From assembly GCA_039111475.1 (NCBI GenBank), contig JBCCIP010000020.1, positions 6,593-70,592 of the forward strand: DNA of 64,000 nt, written 5' to 3'. Made by a program: the position numbers and the translations under genes. Shown here piece by piece: positions 58,954 through 64,000 of this stretch; positions within the stretch are counted from its first letter, which is position 1; each line of letters opens with the position of its first letter. Source of the stretch: Pseudomonadota bacterium (lineage in GTDB: Bacteria > Pseudomonadota > Gammaproteobacteria > Pseudomonadales > JAUIET01). The notes under the pieces are model-generated. The model did no database searches. It was not told the origin of the DNA and saw only the letters and a list, made by a program, of their open reading frames with translations.

Positions 58954-61149
58954 TCAAAGGAGTCGAATACTGGGTTCGTTCTCAATGCGATCTACGATAA
59001 CACCAATACGCCGAATAAGCGCACCCGCATCCAGTAGGGCTTTTTCTGCATCCCGAGATAAAATTATCAACATGCCTCCATTAGTCTGTGGGTCCAGCAG
59101 TAAATCTCTTTTCACGTGGGATACAGATTGCGAAATTTCACAGCTGTTAAGATAGTGTAATAGCTCCGGAAACAAGCTCGAATGATAACCCTCCGCAATT
59201 AAGCGCTCGGCACCTGCTAATGCCGGGATTGCCACCACATCCAGCTCCGCGGCAAAACCTTCAGCGGGCAGCATTTCCAGCAAGTGTCCGATGAGTCCAA
59301 AGCCGCTTATGTCAGTTACCGCGCTTGGTGAAATTGCTTTCAAGCGTTGCCACAAGTCTCTATTACTCGTCAGCATGCTGTTCAGGGTTGAATCTAGCTC
59401 ACTCACTTTTGCAGCAGACTGCATGTCGGCGGCTAACACTACTCCGGTGCCCAAGGACTTACTCATAACGATTACGTCGTCATGATGCGCTCCATACTTG
59501 GACCAGCGATTATGCAAAACCATTTCGCCATTCACAACCACACCAAGATGGTCTTCTACGCCTTCCGAGCTATGACCGCCAGCCAACGCGGCGTCATGCA
59601 TTTTCAAGGCATCACTAACACCTTGCATCATTCTCAGGTGGTCGCGTTGTTGCAAGCGAGAATGTGAGAACTTCAAATTTGTCCATACTTGCGCATATTT
59701 AGGCGTCGCCCCCATTGCATACAAGTCATTCATGGCATGATGAACGGCGATCTTGGCAAACAGATAGTGATCTTCGGTAAAACTACGAAATCCATCAATA
59801 CTTTGCACCATCACCCTATCGTTTGAAGGCTGCCACACTGCGGCGTCTTCAATAGTGTGCAAGGCGGGATGTAAGTTCGCGCTGTCAGTGGCTGGCAGCT
59901 TGGCAAGGTTCTCATAGAGTCCGGCAGGTCCTAACTTGCTTCCGCATCCAGCACAGTGCATTTTATTGTCAGCACCCTCAGTACCAGACAATTGTGAATC
60001 AGAACTCATTGCAACACTACCCGACAATTCACTGAACTGTCGCATAAAGGCTATGTCTATCGCACGCTTCCAGCGCCAGACCCATCGGCCTGATAACGTC
60101 AGACCGTTTCGACAGGCAATTGCGTGTTTATCACCTAGCGTAATCAGTCTCAGGAATTCCGATTGAAGTCGTACTTTCTTAAGCGATTCTTCGGAAAAAT
60201 ACCGCCTTAGGTTTTCTGCCAAAAAGGGCGCCTGTCTAACCGCATAAACACCTGCTTTTGGCTTGGGCTGATTAATCAAACAAGCGATGTCACCGGCAGC
60301 GAATACATTTTTGTGAGAGACGCTTTGTAGGTAATCGTTTACCTTAATAAAGCCATTGTTGTCACAGGTCAGGCCGCTCTGTGATGGCCAGTCTGCGGCA
60401 ACGGCATCGGTGCTTAAAAACACCTTCTCCATGGCTAGAAAATCGCCGTTAGTTGACCAAACCCCTTCTGTACTTACTTTGTGCAGAGTGAAATTTGGGT
60501 GTTGCTGAACATTCAACAGAGCAAGTTGCTTAGCCATTAGCTTCACCGCTCTTGCCGGCGCGCCTGGCATCACATGCGCGCTGTTATACAGCAAGTGCAA
60601 ATGGCAGTTATCTAGATCACGCAATCTATGCGCCAGCGCCAGACATAGCTCTGTGCCGCCAACACCCGCACCAACCACTGCAATATTCTGCGGGGTGGAT
60701 CGCATACTCAGCTGTTTTTCCAGCTCTGTCCATTGTCTATGGAACTCGGCAATCGGTTTCACTCCGGTTGCGAATTCAAAGCCTTCGATAGTGTCAAATG
60801 ACGGACAGGAACCTGTATCTAGTGACAAACAGTCATAGGATACAGGTGCGTGGTTTTCTATGTAAATTTCGCGCAATTCTAGTTCAAGTTTAATCACACG
60901 GCCTTTTACAAATCGAATACCCGCCGCTCTGCACAAGGAATTCAAGTCAATCAGCGTGTCTTCTTTCTCGAAATGACCGGCAACGTAACCTGGCAACATG
61001 CCTGAATAAGGCGTGTCGCCTTGCTCGGATACCAGAGTAATACGCACCTGCGGTATTGCGTTCATGGCAAATGCTTTTATGGCCAACACATGAGCGTGAC
61101 CGCCACCAACCAACACCAAATCGTGTTTATAGAAAGGTGCGCTTTGCAT
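58954..61149 (-). CDS. selD: Selenide,water dikinase fused to an N-terminal FAD/NADH oxidoreductase domain
   Basis: N-terminal LVLVGGGHAH, YSGMLPG, VVGAGVGG, FAAGD, PKAGVYAVRQ; C-terminal CAGCGSK, DLYAMGA, GGHS, TDISGFGLIGHL, DPQTNGG. TAATG overlap with mnmH. Confidence 0.93.
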   Translation of the reverse strand: MQSAPFYKHDLVLVGGGHAHVLAIKAFAMNAIPQVRITLVSEQGDTPYSGMLPGYVAGHFEKEDTLIDLNSLCRAAGIRFVKGRVIKLELELREIYIENHAPVSYDCLSLDTGSCPSFDTIEGFEFATGVKPIAEFHRQWTELEKQLSMRSTPQNIAVVGAGVGGTELCLALAHRLRDLDNCHLHLLYNSAHVMPGAPARAVKLMAKQLALLNVQQHPNFTLHKVSTEGVWSTNGDFLAMEKVFLSTDAVAADWPSQSGLTCDNNGFIKVNDYLQSVSHKNVFAAGDIACLINQPKPKAGVYAVRQAPFLAENLRRYFSEESLKKVRLQSEFLRLITLGDKHAIACRNGLTLSGRWVWRWKRAIDIAFMRQFSELSGSVAMSSDSQLSGTEGADNKMHCAGCGSKLGPAGLYENLAKLPATDSANLHPALHTIEDAAVWQPSNDRVMVQSIDGFRSFTEDHYLFAKIAVHHAMNDLYAMGATPKYAQVWTNLKFSHSRLQQRDHLRMMQGVSDALKMHDAALAGGHSSEGVEDHLGVVVNGEMVLHNRWSKYGAHHDDVIVMSKSLGTGVVLAADMQSAAKVSELDSTLNSMLTSNRDLWQRLKAISPSAVTDISGFGLIGHLLEMLPAEGFAAELDVVAIPALAGAERLIAEGYHSSLFPELLHYLNSCEISQSVSHVKRDLLLDPQTNGGMLIILSRDAEKALLDAGALIRRIGVIVDRIENEPSIRLL

Positions 61150-62300
61150 TAAGGAACCTCTGAACCAGTATGCAATATCTGTGAACTCCAGTCGCACTGG
61201 TACTCATTCAACCATTGTAAGAGGTCTTGGTGTTCGCCCGTGAACACTACTCTTTCCTGTTGCTGACTCAGTTGATAGTCATACATTTTGTCATAATATT
61301 CAGTGAGCAGCTGCTTAAAGATCACGTCAAAGCCGCTCCAATCCTGTTGAGACCGAAGTAGCTGTATCGCCTCGGGGAGCAGCCTGGAAAGTTGCTGATG
61401 CCGGGCGCCACCGAGGCGTTTTCTAATTCGGTCAAACGATGATTGAATCGATTTGTGCAGCTTATCCCATGCGCCGTCCGGTGTAGGCTGCTCTTTCAAA
61501 AAAAAATCCAGCGCAAACTGTATGTAGTCACGCCGCAGACGCTGCAATCGATCGTATGAACTCGCCAGTAATCGCACTTGAGGTGCCTGATTCATTGCTG
61601 CTTGCAAGGGTGCAGGCAAATTCAAGCGGCCAATCAGTCTCGACTCGGCTTCGATCAGAATAGGTCCCGGCCCTGCCGCATCTTTCTGTATCCAGTCAAT
61701 AATCATCGCATTTTCGAAATCAATCTGGCTAGGTTGCGAATCAGGCATAGCCCCAAATGCGCTGCCTCTATGATTGGCGTGCCCTTCCAGGTCAATGCTA
61801 CGCCCATAATCCAGCAAGAAATCTGTCTTGCCAACGGCCGTAGCCCCTGCAACAACTAACAAACGACTGCTTTCTGACAGACGCTGCAATTCGCCTAGCA
61901 GAAATCGCCTCATTGATTTGTAACCGCCTTCAATCAATGGGTAGTTTACGCCTGCTTCCATTAACCACTGCTGGGCAGTACGAGAACGCAGACCACCTCG
62001 GTAGCAATACAGATAGCCATCCGGATAACGCCGAGCGTGCAGAAGCCAAGCGCCCATGCGCTGCGCACGAACATCCGGCGAAGCTAATTCCAGACCGCGT
62101 GCGATGGCAGCCTCTTGGCCACTGAGCGCAAACACGCAACCGATATCGTGGCGTTGCGCATCATCAAGAATCGGAAGATTAATTGCATTAGGAAATGCAC
62201 CTTCTGCAAACTCGACAGGTGCGCGAACGTCCATCAGCGGCTTATTGTTTACGAATAAATGTCGGAAGTCGTCGGCGCTGATAATGGCCATGCCTGACAT
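61149..62300 (-). CDS. mnmH: tRNA 2-selenouridine synthase (SelU/MnmH)
   Basis: Rhodanese DVRAPVEF..G; YCYRGGLRS; GGYK; P-loop GATAVGKT; ANHRGSAFG; QPSQIDFEN; YYDKMY. Confidence 0.95.
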   Translation of the reverse strand: MSGMAIISADDFRHLFVNNKPLMDVRAPVEFAEGAFPNAINLPILDDAQRHDIGCVFALSGQEAAIARGLELASPDVRAQRMGAWLLHARRYPDGYLYCYRGGLRSRTAQQWLMEAGVNYPLIEGGYKSMRRFLLGELQRLSESSRLLVVAGATAVGKTDFLLDYGRSIDLEGHANHRGSAFGAMPDSQPSQIDFENAMIIDWIQKDAAGPGPILIEAESRLIGRLNLPAPLQAAMNQAPQVRLLASSYDRLQRLRRDYIQFALDFFLKEQPTPDGAWDKLHKSIQSSFDRIRKRLGGARHQQLSRLLPEAIQLLRSQQDWSGFDVIFKQLLTEYYDKMYDYQLSQQQERVVFTGEHQDLLQWLNEYQCDWSSQILHTGSEVP

Positions 62301-62301
62301 G

Positions 62302-62820
62302 TTATTCGGGCACGCTCATTGGTATCAGTGGCAATTCATGCTCGGGCATGCCACCAAAAGCAACTGCGCAGCGCGAGAAAGTATTGAATAGCAGCAGGGC
62401 AACTGACATGTGTGCGAGTTCAGCGTCGCTGAATTCTTCTCGCAGCTGCTTCTCTAATTCCTCGCTAATGCGCTCCGGCGACTTTAGATAACATTCGCAA
62501 AAAGTGAGTATCAGTTTTTCTCGCTCACTCAAATCGCTGACCGCGTAGTGCTCATCAATTTGTTCGATCTTCTGTTCGGTCAAACCGGCCTCGGTTGCTA
62601 TGTCATATCGTACGGCTTTGCAGAACACGCAACCTACTTCCCTGGCATTGCACAGTCGAATCATTTCAAGTTCTGCAGGGTTTAGAGGGCCATCATTCCA
62701 CACGGCAGCGTTAAGTCTCAAATAAGGCTCTACGACTTCAGGTACCAAGCCAAGTGCTGAGTCCCGTACCACGTCACCGGTTTTGTTTGCAGGCGTGGTG
62801 GTGATACGCGGTGCAGTCAT
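62302..62820 (-). CDS. AhpD/CMD family protein with CxxC
   Basis: ELEMIRLCNAREVGCVFCKAVR; LSEREKLIL. Start placed at MTAPR (ATGA overlap); ends 1 bp before mnmH. Confidence 0.8.
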   Translation of the reverse strand: MTAPRITTTPANKTGDVVRDSALGLVPEVVEPYLRLNAAVWNDGPLNPAELEMIRLCNAREVGCVFCKAVRYDIATEAGLTEQKIEQIDEHYAVSDLSEREKLILTFCECYLKSPERISEELEKQLREEFSDAELAHMSVALLLFNTFSRCAVAFGGMPEHELPLIPMSVPE

Positions 62821-63257
62821 TGTGCGTGTTCCGCTTGTTCCGAACACTCAGCCAAACCCCAAAGCGTAGCAAGTCGAGTTTCCGCGTAGAACACACCTAA
62901 GGCTTGAACCAGCGCGACCAGACCCGGCTCTCCTACGGTCTGCTTCACGGCGTCAGATTGCGCATCAGTGATTGCGTGCACGTCCATAGCATACACTTCT
63001 GTGAATGCCAGGCAGGCCTTCTCAAGTAGTGTGAATTGCTCGTGATCAGGCCAATGAGCAACCGCTTTTGCCAACTCTTCAAATTCTACGCTGGTATTGT
63101 TATCGACTTTGGCGCGATGCAATTGCGCCATTCGTATTTTGCACAGCGGCAGCACACTGGGCGGAAGCTGTGGCAGTCCGCTAAAGCTTCGCTGAAAATC
63201 AGTGAGCAGGGGGCTCAATTCTGAGTGCTGCGCCAGCCATTTGCTGATTCCGCTCAT
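62817..63257 (-). CDS. AhpD/CMD-like protein lacking CxxC
   Basis: LCKIRMAQLH; W.....FT..EKACLAFTE...D...ITDAQ. Start placed at MSGIS. Confidence 0.7.
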   Translation of the reverse strand: MSGISKWLAQHSELSPLLTDFQRSFSGLPQLPPSVLPLCKIRMAQLHRAKVDNNTSVEFEELAKAVAHWPDHEQFTLLEKACLAFTEVYAMDVHAITDAQSDAVKQTVGEPGLVALVQALGVFYAETRLATLWGLAECSEQAEHAQ

Positions 63258-63394
63258 CGCTTGATTTTCAGTCACTGTTGTATTGTCACAGATATAACCA
63301 TGCAGCATTATAGGGATTCCTAAACATCATTTGTAGGAATGGTGAAGTCGTGCCAATATCTTTGGGAGCCGCAAGGAACTGATAGAGGCACCCT

Positions 63395-64000
63395 ATGGCT
63401 GAACTAGACCCGCTTTTGCTGTCGCGACTGCAGTTCGCACTGAACATCAGCTTTCACATCCTGTTTCCCAGCTTGTCGATAGGCTTGGGTTGGCTACTCT
63501 TTTATTTCCGAGTGCGCAATACTATCAGCGGTGATCAGGCCTGGGCATATGCTTACCATTTTTGGGTGAAGGTATTTGCATTGACGTTTGCGCTGGGTGT
63601 GGTCTCAGGCATTGTCATGAGCTTTCAATTCGGCACTAACTGGCCAGGGTTTATGGAGCGCGCCGGGAATATCGCCGGCCCACTGCTGGGCTATGAGGTA
63701 TTGACCGCTTTTTTCCTGGAAGCCAGTTTCCTGGGTATCATGTTGTTTGGTAAAAACCGTGTGTCGAATCGCGTGCATTTGGTCGCGAGTTTTTTCGTGG
63801 CATTTGGTACAACCTTGTCCGCATTCTGGATTCTGGCACTTAACTCCTGGATGCAAACGCCTACTGGTTATCGCATTGAGAATGGTCAGTTCTTTCCTGA
63901 AAGCTGGCTGGAGATAATATTTAACCCAACGTTTCCCTATATGTTCACCCATATGATGAACGCTTCCTTTTTAACCGCTGCTTTTTTCGTTTGTGGCATC
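63395..64000 (+). CDS. cydA: Cytochrome bd (CIO-type) ubiquinol oxidase subunit I, truncated by window end
   Basis: Manual translation: MAELDPLLLSRLQFALNISFHILFP...FALGVVSGIVMSFQFGTNW...LLGYEVLTAFFLEA...SAFWILALNSWMQTP; RBS GAGG. Confidence 0.93.
   Translation, partial: MAELDPLLLSRLQFALNISFHILFPSLSIGLGWLLFYFRVRNTISGDQAWAYAYHFWVKVFALTFALGVVSGIVMSFQFGTNWPGFMERAGNIAGPLLGYEVLTAFFLEASFLGIMLFGKNRVSNRVHLVASFFVAFGTTLSAFWILALNSWMQTPTGYRIENGQFFPESWLEIIFNPTFPYMFTHMMNASFLTAAFFVCGI

Noticed and set aside
58954-63257. Selenocysteine (TGA) recoding in SelD or the AhpD-like genes
   Set aside because: SelD has Cys in CAGCGSK and the AhpD-like protein has CVFC. The TGA at 62817-62819 is an ordinary ATGA coupling, and read-through soon reaches a TAG.
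63605-63952. 115-aa minus-strand ORF
   Set aside because: Antisense shadow of cydA, which the track missed because it runs off the window.

Overview
A 64 kb window from what looks like a free-living, probably marine gammaproteobacterium (inferred from gene content: TonB receptor, cytochrome bd, SelD/MnmH, lipid and aldehyde catabolic genes). No rRNA, tRNA, CRISPR array or transposase was recognised. The main feature is a ~30 kb minus-strand locus (26159-56356). It encodes a 7500-aa RTX protein made of roughly 80 CyaA-like Ca2+-binding blocks, a type I secretion system (ABC transporter, HlyD adaptor, TolC) and an embedded MotA/MotB-like ion-channel pair. The channel pair and the N-terminus of the giant protein resemble Salmonella SPI-4 SiiA/SiiB/SiiE (comparison from memory), but the passenger is an RTX beta-roll rod instead of Ig repeats and the gene order differs. 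Possibly associated elements are tandem FleQ-like boxes upstream of the giant gene, a double glycosyltransferase, a degenerate second MotA/SiiB-like paralog at 18 kb, and a PggH-like DHH phosphodiesterase. A second candidate system is an attenuator-like leader (promoter, short ORFs, hairpins, terminator) ahead of an uncharacterised EEIQxDW protein and an unannotated 48-aa basic peptide loosely reminiscent of ArfA (6.8-8.3 kb). All product calls come from motif recognition; no database searches were run.
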